The notes: a model not told the origin generated them from the sequence alone. Numbered from the stretch's first letter, positions 1 to 12,580 are shown. The stretch: DNA of 64,000 nucleotides from Zygnema circumcarinatum SAG 698-1b (GCA_037447605.1 CM074816.1:821873-885872); one strand, 5' to 3'. Program-made: numbers and translations.

Positions 1-3000
1 GGTGGCCAGAAGTGGATGCATCAGGTCTGGGGAAGGGTTAAGAGCAAACCACTCAATGGCGTCGTCTTGTCCCGGCGCCCCAACCGGCTACCCGGAAGCA
101 GCGGCCGGGGAATCCCGGACCCCTGGTTTTCCGCGGGGAGTCATAGCGGGGGGTGTGAACCACCGGCGATGGGGAGACCCCGTCGAAGTGCCTTTCTTGC
201 TTTGAGGCGGAGGGCTCGATCCTCCGGACTGCTCCTCCCGCAACCTCACGGGAATGCCAGCCCAGGCCGGGTAAAGGTGGCCCCCTCTTTCCTTTGAGGC
301 GAACATCCTACCGCGAATTTGCTCGATTGGCGGTGGTTGGAATCAAGCAGTTACCTTCTTGCGATAACTGTCCCCTCCAGTGGAAGTAGCTTTGCCGCAG
401 CACTTTCGAAAGGCCGCGCCGTGTGTATGAGGGGCCTCTCGATGAAGATTGGGGGCGATTGGGATAAGTTCAGAGATTAACTTATCAAACACTTTGGGGC
501 CTTGGATCCCGGCTTGGAGGCCCGGGATAAATTTCAGAACATGGTCCAAACCAGCAGTGTCAAGCAGTTCCTGCGAGACCTGCGTCAAGTGGTCCCTCAA
601 ATCACCACTCAAGCACAGTGGGGCTGAGTTCTTTCCGCCGGGAATGGCTTGAAGCCACGAGGAAGCGGTGAGAGCTAGCCACGGACTCTGAAACGTGGGA
701 CCCGCTGACTCTAAAATTTTGTGTACTTTGATCGGCATTGATTGGACACAGCCCTGCTTGAGGCGATGCAGGCCTTCACGGCCAGTGAGGAGGTGGGCGA
801 CATGTGGGGGCGTGGAAGGCGGGAAGGACCTGACTCTGCCAAAGCTGGCGAGGAAAAGAACAAAGCGGAAGCAGCGAATGGCGCCCGCCCCTGCTACTGC
901 GGCGCGGAAGTTGACTCCGGAGGAGGAAATGGAAGATGCGGCGGGAGAACAAGTCATTTCGTTGCCCTTGAGGGCATAAGGCCGGTGCCCTGAACTCCAA
1001 GGGCGGAAGGGGCAAGGGGCGAGCTAACCCTGATGGATTTAGAATTCATTGTTGGTGGAATGTGATTAGGGGATGGGAGGACAGTTGCCGTCAATGTTAA
1101 GGGACTTTTGTGGCTTAGGTCCACGGACATGCTTAACTTGTTGGGCAGGCCTTTGGGGGTGCACGATCTCGTTGTGTGTCATGCGCTTCCTGATTCCATG
1201 TCCTTTTCCCCTGCCACCGTGGTGACTCCCTCTAGGTTTATGGATGTATTGATGCGTGGCCAGTGGCATGTTTCAATTCTCAATGTTATGGGGGATGATG
1301 TCTTGATGAGATGTGCCATGGATGCCTTGCTTGTCTTGCGGGATACTTCCCACATACTTGGGCTGCATGTGCTGGTTCCTCAGCACTTGGCAGTTCGCAC
1401 TTTTCCCAACGCCAACTGGCGGTTGGTGAAACAGCTGAGAAAAGGGCACAAGTTAGTGCAAACGATGGAAGGATCCACCAGTTCACTGGTTGGATCCCCC
1501 TACACCTTGGTGTGGAGGACGGCTCGTCCTCACCCCTCGCATATAGTGCGATCTATGTTCCATCTTGCCCATCGTGCCATGACCTTCATCGGGTCGGCCA
1601 ATGGCCACCCAGCAGTTCTACTGCTAGATACTGGGGCAGATTCTAACTTTGTTAGTTCTGCATTCACCCAGAGATTTGGATTGACCACAGATCCCCATTC
1701 AGAAAGTGTTACTTTCGGGGATGGACGCAAGGGCCAGATCTCTGGTAGCGTCACACTCAAGATCAAGCTCCAATCCTACTCCGGGGCAGTCAAGTGTCTT
1801 CTAACACAACTGGCCCCTGGTACTGATGTTATTTTGGGGAGTGCTTGGTTAACCATGGTCAAAGCACAAATGGACTTTTCTGTCCCACATTGCATTCTGC
1901 ACAGTGGTGACAGGCGGCTTACCCTGCACCCTGGCAGAGCCACATCCTCTGCTATCAAGCAGCCTGCTACTCCTTATCTGTGCTCAGCTATGCAATTGGC
2001 CAAAGCAGTTAAAGAAGGTTGCACCTTGTTCATGGTGCATGTCATGGCAGCCACTGAGGATGTTCATGACGAAGATCAGGAATGGCAGATCACATCTACG
2101 GATGTGCTCTCGGCCGTTCCACCCAAAATCCAACCCTTGTTGGATGAGTTCAGGGATGTTTTCCCTGACGACCTTCCAAGAGGGTTGCCACCATCGAGAG
2201 GGGTGGGTTACACAATCCCTCTTGAGCCTGAGCAGAAGCCGCCTTGGCGGCCGATCTATCAGTTAAGCCCGAAAGAAACCGAGGAGATGCGAAAGCAGTT
2301 GGCAACTTTACGTGAAAAGGGCTGGATAGAACCCAGTCAGAGCCCCTTTGGGGCGCCCATCTTGTTTGTTGGGAAGAAAGATGGCTCGTTGAGGATGTGC
2401 ATTGATTATCGCGCACTCAACAAGATCACCGTAAAGAACCGTTTTGCTTTACCACGTATTGATGATCTGTTGGATCGTCTTCACGGCGCCAGAGTGTTTA
2501 CTTCACTCGACNNNNNNNNNNAGGTGTTGCCCTTTGGATTGACTAATGCTCCGGCGACTTTCCAGGCTGTTATGAACGAGATGTTCATAGGCATGGATGA
2601 GTTTGTGTTGGTTTACCTCGATGATATCCTTGTCTTCAGTAAGACGGAGGAGGCACATCTTGAACACGTTCGGAAAGTGTTTGAGACCCTGAGGGAACAC
2701 CAGTTTTATGCCAAGAGGAAGAAGTGTCACTTCATGCAACGTGAGTTGCTTTATCTTGGGCATATCCTCAATGATCAGGGTCTTCGACCTGATCCTGCCA
2801 AAGTTTCCGCGGTAGAAACTTGGGCGCCACCGACTGACTTGCATCAGTTGAGGTCTTTCTTGGGATTTGCGAATTATTTTCGTAAGTTCATCCAAGGGTT
2901 TAGTAAACTGGTTACCCCCTTGACTAATTTGACACGTTCCGGTGTCTCCTTTACAGGATGCATTCGAAGGTGTGCGCCATGCCCTTGTTACCGCACCCAC

Positions 3001-3968
3001 TCTCCGTTTAGCGGACCCGTCCAAGCCTTATGAAGTGGTTTGTGACGCTTCGGGATTCGCCTTGGGTGCCGTCTTGTTNNNNNNNNNNGTGAAAGCGTAT
3101 GTACTCGCTTGTCCAACTTGTCAACGAAACAAACCCCGCACTGGCAGGATCCCTGGCCAGCTGCATCCCCTCACACCTCCTTTTCGGAAATGGGATAGTG
3201 TGGGTATGGACTTGATCACAGATCTTCCTGTGACACCTCGGGGGCATGACTCCATCCTCGTCTTTGTCGATCGGCTCAGCAAGATGGTGCATTTTGCACC
3301 AACTACTAAGACAGCTGGGGCCGACGAGATTGCACGGTTGTATGTTGACAAAGTGTGGAGCCAGCATGGTCTTCAGTCAGAAATTGTGTCTGACCGTGAT
3401 CCACGATTCACCGGCCATTTTTGGACGGAAGTGCTCAAGATCGTTGGGACCAAGCAGGCGTTGAGTACAGCTTTCCACCCGCAAACTGATGGCCAGACGG
3501 AACGGGTGAATAGGATCCTGGAGGATTACCTCCGGCATTATGTGGGACCTACCCCGGATGGGTGGGACGAACTGCTCCCAGTGGCTGAGTATGCCATCAA
3601 TAATGCTTACCAGGAGTCCATTGGTACCACCCCTTTCTTCTTGAACTTTGGCCAGCATCCTCTAAATCCCCTGCAACCAAGGGATCAGCCCCCTGATCCG
3701 TGGAACATGGGCGTCCACAGAAACCCCGATCCTTGGAAGCTGAGAGGGACTGATGGGACTCAACCTCCCGCAGTCAGATCTTTTGTCCGGCTAATGTCTG
3801 AGGCGCTGCAGAGGGCACGGCAGACCCTGCTAGCGGCCCAGTCGCGACAAAAGGCCTATGCTGACCGTCACCGTACCCAACTCACCTTCAACGAAGGCGA
3901 TGAGGTGTTGCTAAGTACGGCGAACTTGAGACTCAAAGCTTATGGCGGAACACGTAAGCTGTGGCCCC
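1..3968 (+). mobile_element. Ty3/Gypsy LTR retrotransposon, internal region (gag-pol), both ends outside window or in gaps
   Basis: Frameshifted gag remnant at ~455-1030 (WDKF..LIKHFGALDP..EARDK..M.QTSSV; KLTPEE plus degenerate zinc knuckle). Pol order PR-RT-RH-IN: [65 protein letters not shown]. Confidence 0.95.
1108..3968 (+). CDS. Gypsy Pol polyprotein (extra N-terminal domain, protease, RT, RNase H, integrase), interrupted by N-gaps and a frameshift near 2940
   Basis: ORFs 1108..3033 and 2942..3968 carry the motifs listed for the element. Confidence 0.9.
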
Positions 3969-3978
3969 NNNNNNNNNN

Positions 3979-4188
3979 AGAAAACAAGGCGAGAAACGTT
4001 AGATTTGAAAAAACCGCAGCAAAACAGCAGCAAAACAACCAAAAACAAAAAACAAAAAACGAAAAGAAGCACAAACAACAAAAACAGAGCAATGCAGCAA
4101 GACACGCGACAGGAAAACGCAAGACAACGACAAGAGGCTGCCACGTGGCCGCGGCAGAGGCAGCGGCAGCAGGCGCAACGGTCGGAAG
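3979..4188 (-). mobile_element. 5' end/UTR of a non-LTR retrotransposon, second copy of ~53095-53304
   Basis: Near-identical to 53095-53304. Both copies end at ..CGGTCGGAAG with unrelated flanks, and the other copy is linked to RT motifs. Confidence 0.7.
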
Positions 4189-4749
4189 CGCCGTTGAAGT
4201 CTTTCTGTACTAAGAATCCTCTTTTCCATCGTAAAACTTTCACAGAAAAGAAGCAATTTTGAGTAAAACAGCTTACCTCTTGTGAAAGGTTAATTGTATC
4301 GAACCTCAAAGTGTATAATACGGATCTATAGTCCTGACGCGCTCTGAGACCCCCTTAAGCCGTCGTGAGCCGCCGTCCCCTCCCCTCCCCTCCCGTCCGT
4401 ACAGCGAGCAAGCGGGCGCGAATTTCATTGACCGCCGCTGATTGGTCCATAGCGCGCATTTTTTTTTGGCTCGCGGCCTCCTCTATGCCATGTCGGTAAC
4501 ATTATGTAAAAAATGTCGGTGGATGCATCTAGACCGTTCATTATGTCGATGGGTCCAACCATCCGTTCGAAGTATGGCTTACGCGTCACCGTCAGCCCGT
4601 CCCCGTCCCCGGCCATGGCGGACGGGAAGGAAGGCGCCCTGCTTCCCCGCGGACCCCTCCCCGCCCTCGCCCTCGCCTCTGCCCGCCCTCGCCCCCGCCC
4701 CCGCCCCCGCGTCCCGTCCCCTGGTGTCGCCGGCGGGCGCTTGGCCGCG

Positions 4750-7700
4750 ATGGCGCGCGCGCGGTCCCTCTCTCTCGCGGCGGCGGTCCTCCTCTTTGCC
4801 GCCGCCGCCGCCCCGCGCGAAGCCGCCGCTCAGGCCATCGACCCGCGAGACAGTGAGCCGCCGCGGCCCGCCCGCCCGCCCTCTATGGAAGAAGGGGAGA
4901 GGCGGCCTGCCCGCGGCGGGGCCTCTGTTTGTGCTTTTTGAAGCGGACCGCGGCCTCAATCCAATCCTGCATCTGCTCGCGCTTGGGCGCAGGGGACACT
5001 CTTCTCGCTGTCAAAGCGGCATTCAACAACGTACAACAACTCAAGTCCTGGAAAGCGAGTAACCACAACTGCAGCAAATGGCATGGGATCACATGCGATG
5101 CAAACGGCCGCGTTACTGCGTTGTGAGCCACACTTTGACTGAACACAGCTTTTGATGTTGGAGGCTCCATGGATTCCATAGCTGCTGAACTGCAGGCTGA
5201 GGCTGCGAGGAGGGTCTGCGGGAAGAAGGCTCCTCAGAAATCGGCTAAAAAGGGCCACCCGGAGCAGTCTTTCTACTGCCCGCAGCCCTTTCTTCTTCTT
5301 ACGCTCTCACTGCTAACTGCCTAATGCAGAGATGTAGGGGGCTTCGACGTTCAAGGAAGCATTTCACCAGCCATCGGCAATCTTACGAATCTGAGATACT
5401 TGTAAGTATTCTTCCCCATAAATCTGAGATGCCAGTGATAGAAATGCTAGTCGTGGCAGCATGTTTATTCACTGTCGATTTTTTTTATTTTTTGCAGAGG
5501 CTTTGGTTTCAATTCCCTAACGGGATCTATCCCGGATTCTATCGGCAACCTTGCGAATCTGTACTACTTGTAAGTGGTGTTCCCCTAAAAATTAAAATGT
5601 AAGAGAAAGAAATGTTAGACAGAAAAATGCCAGTGATAGAAATGCTAGTCGTCGCAGCATGTTTATTCAGTGCTCATTTTTTTTTTTTTTGCAGATACTT
5701 GCAATCTAATTCCCTAACGGGGTCTATCCCGGATTCTATCGGCAACCTTTCGAATCTGTACTACTTGTAAGTGGTGTTCCCCAAAAATTTAAAATGTAAG
5801 AGAAAGAAATGTCATACAGAAAAATGCCAGTGATAGAAATGCTAGTCGTGGCAGCATGTTAATTCAGTGCTCGTTTGTATATTTTTTGCAGATACTTGCA
5901 ATATAATTCCCTAACGGGGTCTATCCCGAATTCTATTGGCAACCTTGGGAATCTGTACTACTTGTAAGTAGTGTTCCCCATAAATTGAAATTGTAACTGA
6001 AAGAAATGTCAGACAGAGTAATGCCAGTGATAGAAATGCTAATCGTGGCAGCATGTTTATTCAGTGCCCTTTCTTTATTTTTGGCAGATACTTGTCTGCT
6101 TGTTCTCTGACGGGGTCTATCCCGGATTCTATCGGCAACCTTGCGAATCTGAAAGAATTGTAAGTATTTTTCCCCATAAGTCTGAAGTGAAAGTGATAGA
6201 AATGTCAGACAGAGGAATGCCAGTGATAGAAATGCTAGTCGTGGCAGCATTTTTATTCAGTGCCAATTTATTTTATTTTTGGCAGAGTCTTGGGTTCAAA
6301 TTCCCTAACGGGGTCTATCCCGGATTCCATCGGCAACCTTGCGAATCTGTACTACTTGTAAGTAGTTTTCCCCATAAATCTAACATGTAAGAGAAAGAAA
6401 TGTCAAACAGAGGAATGCCCGTGATAGAAATGCTAGTCTTGGCAGCATGTTTATTCAGTGCTCTTTTTTTTTATTTTTGGCAGATACTTGTCTGTTAACT
6501 CCCTAACGGGGTCTATCCCGGATTCTATCGGCAACCTTGCGAATCTGCAAGAATTGTAAGTATTTAAGAAGCTGAAAGCTCCTCGCCCCGTATCAGATCG
6601 CACTGACTTGTCGAAAATTTTCCATCCAATCACGTCACAGTGTCAGATACGCTTCATATCCTTCCCTACGCCACTCCTCCGATCCGTCCGCTGCCGTACT
6701 GCACTCTCGTACTTCCTCTTGCCCGTGCCGGCCTGCGAGCGGCCTTCTGCCGGGCAGATACAGCATGTTTAATCAGTGCCTGTTTATTTTAATTTTGGCA
6801 GAGGCTTGGGTTTCAATTCCCTAACGGGGTCTATCCCGGATTCTATCGGCAACCTTGCGAATCTGTACTACTTGTAAGCATTTTTCCCCATAAATCTATA
6901 ATGTAAGAGAAAGAAATGTCAGACAGAGGAATGCCAGTGATAGAAATGTAAGTCGTGGCAGCATGTTTATGACGAAAGCACAAACAGCCTTTTTCGGCAT
7001 CTCCTCCTCCATTCCATGCTGTTTTCTCTCCCCCTCCCCCATCCATGGAGGAGGAGATGCCGTGAAGCTTCTCATTGGTCGTTTTGCACGTGGCAACTTC
7101 GAGCTTCGGTTTGCATTTGAGCAATCATTCTTCATATTTTTTTTTTCGTTTTGCCGCAAAACATTTGCCGAGCTTGCGAAGCTTTTTATGAAGATCAGTC
7201 GATGCTAATTCACATGCAGACGCTTTACTAATTATAAGGGGCGGCATCCCGAACTCAATTGGGAACCCGTGCAGCGACTTATTGCATCTTGCAAAGCAGC
7301 AACGTTCGATGATGTGTATCCATGATTGCGTGGCAAATCTTTGCCGTGTAGTTTTTGTCAATTTTGGTGTCTACATGCGAGTAAAATTTTAATCTCGCAC
7401 TGCTTTTGTGAGACTGCGTTTGAAAATTCTACTATAGAACGTGGAGTTGAATACTTGATTTATTCCTGTTCAGTCTAGAACCAGCCTTATCCTTTTCGTT
7501 GAGCTTTTGTCGTTATGTATGTGTGTAGGGACCTAGGCAACAACAAACTGGAGGGGAGAGTGTCCGGCTTCATCTCTAAACTCACCCGAGTGTACTTACT
7601 GTAAGCACCGCTGCATCGATAACGTTGTAGTTACAGTTTGAATTTTTGTTCTCGGCCGAGCATTTGTATCTCTCAAACTATTTGCATGAGTTTTAAGTTT

Positions 7701-10700
7701 ATCTCACACTTCTGTCATATAGTTGGTCACTTCTGTCACGGCGGGGGCTTTTTTGACGCACAATAACACGCACTTTTGCATGCGAGAGATTGGACTTCGT
7801 TGTTGAGATTTAAGGATTTCGAGTTTACGGATTAGGGTTAGGGGTTGAGGGGTTAAGGTTTTAGGTCTTAAACTCGAGGGGTTCAAGGGCATATGAGTTA
7901 AAGGGTTTAGAGGCCACGGGGGTTTAGTGGGTTCACGGTTTATGGGATTGCAGGTAGAATGGATATCGGGAAAGGCTAAGAGATTTAGGGGTGCAGTGTT
8001 TGAAGGCTGAAGTTTGCGTAGGGTCGTGAAGATGGCGTCATAGACTTTGCAGACAGCACAAGCGAATGTTTCAGTGGTTGGGACATAAGGAAGACTTGAA
8101 CGGGTTCCTCTCTCTCTCTCGCTTTGTCTCTAACGCGCCACCCTTAATGTCATCAGGTGGTTAAACAACAACAAGTTGACTGGCTCCATTACTCTTGCAG
8201 TCGATATCCTTAATGACCTGGGGTTGCAAGACAACTACTTCTCCGGGCCAATCAATTTTACAGGGAACGGGCAACCTTACTGCTACTCCAACTATACCAA
8301 CAACTGCATTTATCACGACGTCGCAGGGTGTGGCCCAGCTCAAGAGCAGAGACCTCCGCAAGAGTGCGCGGCCTTCTGCCATAGCGGTTCTCCCGAGGGA
8401 GCGTGCGGGGGCCGTGGCACGTGCGGGTACGACACGGCCACGTGCACATGCGACAAGGGATATGCGCTGACATCGGGCACGTGTGGTGAGTTGCAACCTG
8501 CTGTTTGTGGATACTCGTAAGAAAGGAAAAGAATAGGGCGGCATATGTTGTGGAAACTATCGCACTGCTATCAACTTTTACACTGTCCTTGCTGTTAGAG
8601 TACACTGAATGCGGTCCATTTGATGCCGCCAATAGAAGAGGTTCAATTCTCGACCTTCTAGAAGCACATGGTAAGTACTACTTGGTGAACTCTGCAAGCC
8701 CATATATATGGTGCAGAGTTTATTGGGATATATCGAGTGCTGCTCCCATATCAGGGTTTTAGCTTTCAATAATTTTCTCGACCCAATCCAATCCTGTGCA
8801 AGCCACAACATATCTTGTCTACATTTACAGTAGCTAGATAACCTGCGAGTTTGACTTTTCTGCTTCTCAAAGAGAATTGCGTAGCCCGAGAAATGACACA
8901 GGAATCTGATTTTCTGTGGAGATGCACATAGATGATGAAATATGATGTCAGAAGTCTCGTTCTGCACCCTCCCAGAACATTTATAAGGACGTGTTTCGAT
9001 TAGAAAATGTAAGTTATGGACGAAGTGAGTTCGCCTTTAATTATGAACGGGAACTCACACAATGCCCTGCATTCCTGCAGCTTCACGATCCCCTCCTCCG
9101 CGTCCACCTCCTCCTCGTTCTCGGCCCCCTTTGAAAAGCCCCCCTCCACGTAAGCCTCCTCCCAGCCGTCGACCCCCTCCACGTAAGCCTCCTCCNNNNN
9201 NNNNNGTGGAGTTGAATACTTGATTTATTCCTGTTCAGTCTAGAACCAGCCTTATCCTTTTCGTTGAGCTTTTGTCGTTATGTATGTGTGTAGGGACCTA
9301 GGCAACAACAAACTGGAGGGGAGAGTGTCCGGCTTCATCTCTAAACTCACCCGAGTGTACTTACTGTAAGCACCGCTGCATCGATAACGTTGTAGTTACA
9401 GTTTGAATTTTTGTTCTCGGCCGAGCATTTGTATCTCTCAAACTATTTGCATGAGTTTTAAGTTTATCTCACACTTCTGTCATATAGTTGGTCACTTCTG
9501 TCACGGCGGGGGCTTTTTTGACGCACAATAACACGCACTTTTGCATGCGAGAGATTGGACTTCGTTGTTGAGATTTAAGGATTTCGAGTTTACGGATTAG
9601 GGTTAGGGGTTGAGGGGTTAAGGTTTTAGGTCTTAAACTCGAGGGGTTCAAGGGCATATGAGTTAAAGGGTTTAGAGGCCACGGGGGTTTAGTGGGTTCA
9701 CGGTTTATGGGATTGCAGGTAGAATGGATATCGGGAAAGGCTAAGAGATTTAGGGGTGCAGTGTTTGAAGGCTGAAGTTTGCGTAGGGTCGTGAAGATGG
9801 CGTCATAGACTTTGCAGACAGCACAAGCGAATGTTTCAGTGGTTGGGACATAAGGAAGACTTGAACGGGTTCCTCTCTCTCTCTCGCTTTGTCTCTAACG
9901 CGCCACCCTTAATGTCATCAGGTGGTTAAACAACAACAAGTTGACTGGCTCCATTACTCTTGCAGTCGATATCCTTAATGACCTGGGGTTGCAAGACAAC
10001 TACTTCTCCGGGCCAATCAATTTTACAGGGAACGGGCAACCTTACTGCTACTCCAACTATACCAACAACTGCATTTATCACGACGTCGCAGGGTGTGGCC
10101 CAGCTCAAGAGCAGAGACCTCCGCAAGAGTGCGCGGCCTTCTGCCATAGCGGTTCTCCCGAGGGAGCGTGCGGGGGCCGTGGCACGTGCGGGTACGACAC
10201 GGCCACGTGCACATGCGACAAGGGATATGCGCTGACATCGGGCACGTGTGGTGAGTTGCAACCTGCTGTTTGTGGATACTCGTAAGAAAGGAAAAGAATA
10301 GGGCGGCATATGTTGTGGAAACTATCGCACTGCTATCAACTTTTACACTGTCCTTGCTGTTAGAGTACACTGAATGCGGTCCATTTGATGCCGCCAATAG
10401 AAGAGGTTCAATTCTCGACCTTCTAGAAGCACATGGTAAGTACTACTTGGTGAACTCTGCAAGCCCATATATATGGTGCAGAGTTTATTGGGATATATCG
10501 AGTGCTGCTCCCATATCAGGGTTTTAGCTTTCAATAATTTTCTCGACCCAATCCAATCCTGTGCAAGCCACAACATATCTTGTCTACATTTACAGTAGCT
10601 AGATAACCTGCGAGTTTGACTTTTCTGCTTCTCAAAGAGAATTGCGTAGCCCGAGAAATGACACAGGAATCTGATTTTCTGTGGAGATGCACATAGATGA

Positions 10701-11075
10701 TGAAATATGATGTCAGAAGTCTCGTTCTGCACCCTCCCAGAACATTTATAAGGACGTGTTTCGATTAGAAAATGTAAGTTATGGACGAAGTGAGTTCGCC
10801 TTTAATTATGAACGGGAACTCACACAATGCCCTGCATTCCTGCAGCTTCACGATCCCCTCCTCCGCGTCCACCTCCTCCTCGTTCTCGGCCCCCTTTGAA
10901 AAGCCCCCCTCCACGTAAGCCTCCTCCCAGCCGTCGACCCCCTCCACGTAAGCCTCCTCCCAGCCGTCGACCCCCTCCACGTAAGCCTCCTCCCAGCCGT
11001 CGACCCCCTCCACGTAAGCCTCCTCCTAGCCGTCGACCCCCTCCTCGACGTCCCCCTCCGATCCGTTCTCCTTGA
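4750..11075 (+). CDS. Secreted LRR protein: signal peptide, LRRNT, about 10 LRRs, Cys-rich EGF-like module, basic Pro-rich tail; no TM or kinase domain seen
   Basis: Exons with GT-AG sites and matching phases: 4750(alt. ATG 4615)-4852, 4993-5122 (LRRNT: TLLAVKAAF..LKSW..NCSKWHGITCD), 72-nt LRR exons at 5330, 5498, 5695, 5892, 6088, 6286, 6484, 6802 and 7529, 8157-8485 (LRR cap plus QRPPQECAAFC..GACGGRGTC..CTCDKG), Pro-rich terminal exon 10846-11075 (partial copy from 9081). Confidence 0.85.
5330..6973 (+). repeat. Tandem array of ~197-bp units (72-nt LRR exon plus ~125-nt intron)
   Basis: Seven near-identical exons (..NSLTGSIPDSIGNLANL..). The introns are also homologous (ATGCCAGTGATAGAAATGCTAGTCGTGGCAGCATGTTTATTCAGTGC). 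Confidence 0.97.
7441..10960 (+). repeat. Apparently identical 1755-bp direct duplication (offset 1765) flanking a 10-N gap; probable assembly overlap
   Basis: 7441-9195 matches 9206-10960 and both copies give identical ORF translations. Confidence 0.85.
10900..11050 (+). repeat. 33-bp coding repeat, about 4 copies, encoding RKPPPSRRPPP
   Basis: Unit CCCTCCACGTAAGCCTCCTCCCAGCCGTCGACC within the terminal exon. Confidence 0.9.
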
Positions 11076-12580
11076 GCCCCTCCTCCCGTTACTGATGCTG
11101 GTACTCTTCGCCTTGTCCCTTGACACCTCCTATGGCGTCTGCTGCGTAGTGTTGTCTTTCTTCTTATCATTTTGGAATGTCTGGATTCGACTCTGCACAA
11201 TCGTTGTACTTGAAGATGCGTTGCTCCCAATACTTGTTTTGTTATCATTAGGCTTTCTGATGGGAAGTCAGCTTTTGCTTTACGAGAGATCCGTTATAAT
11301 CCTCTTCACAAGACATTAAGAGTTATCTTACTGCATCAAATTCCTAGAGAGGTCATTTGTTGCTTTAAAATAACGGATACTTTTCATGCTTTACTTAAAA
11401 TCTCCTCCATTCGTGTTCCTGCTTTCTTTCAAGATTCACCTACCTTCATCGGCCTGCTCCTGACGGTCTCCTTTGCATGCAGGCGTGCCTTGAAGCGGCG
11501 GATTGGGGCCTGCGTGATGACAAAACACCGACCGGCCGCGGCCTCAGCGAGTGCACGTAGGTATGCGACTTTTGTCGCATGCGAGAGCGGCCCATGGGCC
11601 GCGTGACGCCTCTCCTCCCTCCTTCGCACCTTCAGAGGAGGGTGAGGCGGTCAAACTTAGTATGGCTCTCCAATAGTGTGCGTACCTGCATATGCATGGC
11701 ATGATGAGGGAGTGGACGCACCATGGCAGTGGCATGCACAGGGGATGCATAATGGATGGATGGATGGATGGTTCGTCGTCGGCTTTCGTTTCTCGTTGGC
11801 ATTGCGGCGTCATGCGGACAGTCGATCGCGGCCTTTGGTTGGGCAGCAGACTATGATCGCGTTTCAGTATCGAGATATGTGATAAGTTGAAAATCGTGCT
11901 ATGGAATGTTATGAGCTGCCTTTGTTTTTTTTTATCTTCTTTTTGGTGTCTGGCACTTCGGGTCGATCTGCTCGAAGTAGAATGGGCGAGAGGGGGTCAG
12001 TCCCGTCACGTCTCGTCATGTCTTGTTTTGTCGCGTCGCGTCACCTCGCCACGTCTCATTATGTCGCGTCGCGTCACGTCACGTCACGTTACGAGTGCGT
12101 CCACGGACGAGGCCAAATCAATTCCTTCCTGTTTAGGGCTGCGCGCTCGCGTGGTGCGGCCGAGGGATGCCATCAGCGTGGCCGCGGCTCTGAAAGCGGC
12201 GGCAGGGCGGTAGCGTGATGTTGCGGCGACGCGGGCAGCTCGAGAAAGGTTTTACCCGCTCAATCCGTGCGACGATCGCTTCTGAATGGCGGGCTAGATT
12301 CCGGGCAGCCATTAAAACGTTTGGCCGCGACAGCTCGCGAGTCGCGACGCGCGCGACGCCCCTTTGTAGGGACTATATTTTTTGGCCGGGCTCGCACATG
12401 CGACAAATTGGACCGTTTGCGCCAGTGGCGCGCGCCGACTGGCTTGCTGCGGATGGGAAAAAAGAAAAAAAAATGACGTAGGCGGGCCTGCGATTTGAGA
12501 CATGGTCCTTGTGGTGATGACGTCATCCAGGTCTGCTCCGGACCAGAAATGGCAAAAGCAGGGCGATATTTTTTTCTCTC

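Noticed and set aside
3911-4309. Lys/Gln-rich or Phe/Cys-rich ORFs here and at 52872-53385
   Set aside because: Low-complexity LINE UTR sequence read through N-gaps.
5330-6973. CRISPR-like or non-coding repeat array
   Set aside because: Fully explained as LRR exons with canonical splice sites.
7190-7290. Additional LRR exon (GGIPNSIGNPCSDLLHL)
   Set aside because: It is LRR-like but I could not assign phase-compatible splice sites; possibly a decayed exon.
7441-10960. Tandem duplication of the LRR/EGF/Pro exons as a real domain duplication
   Set aside because: The copies look identical and meet at a 10-N gap inside a 33-bp repeat, which is typical of unmerged contig overlap.
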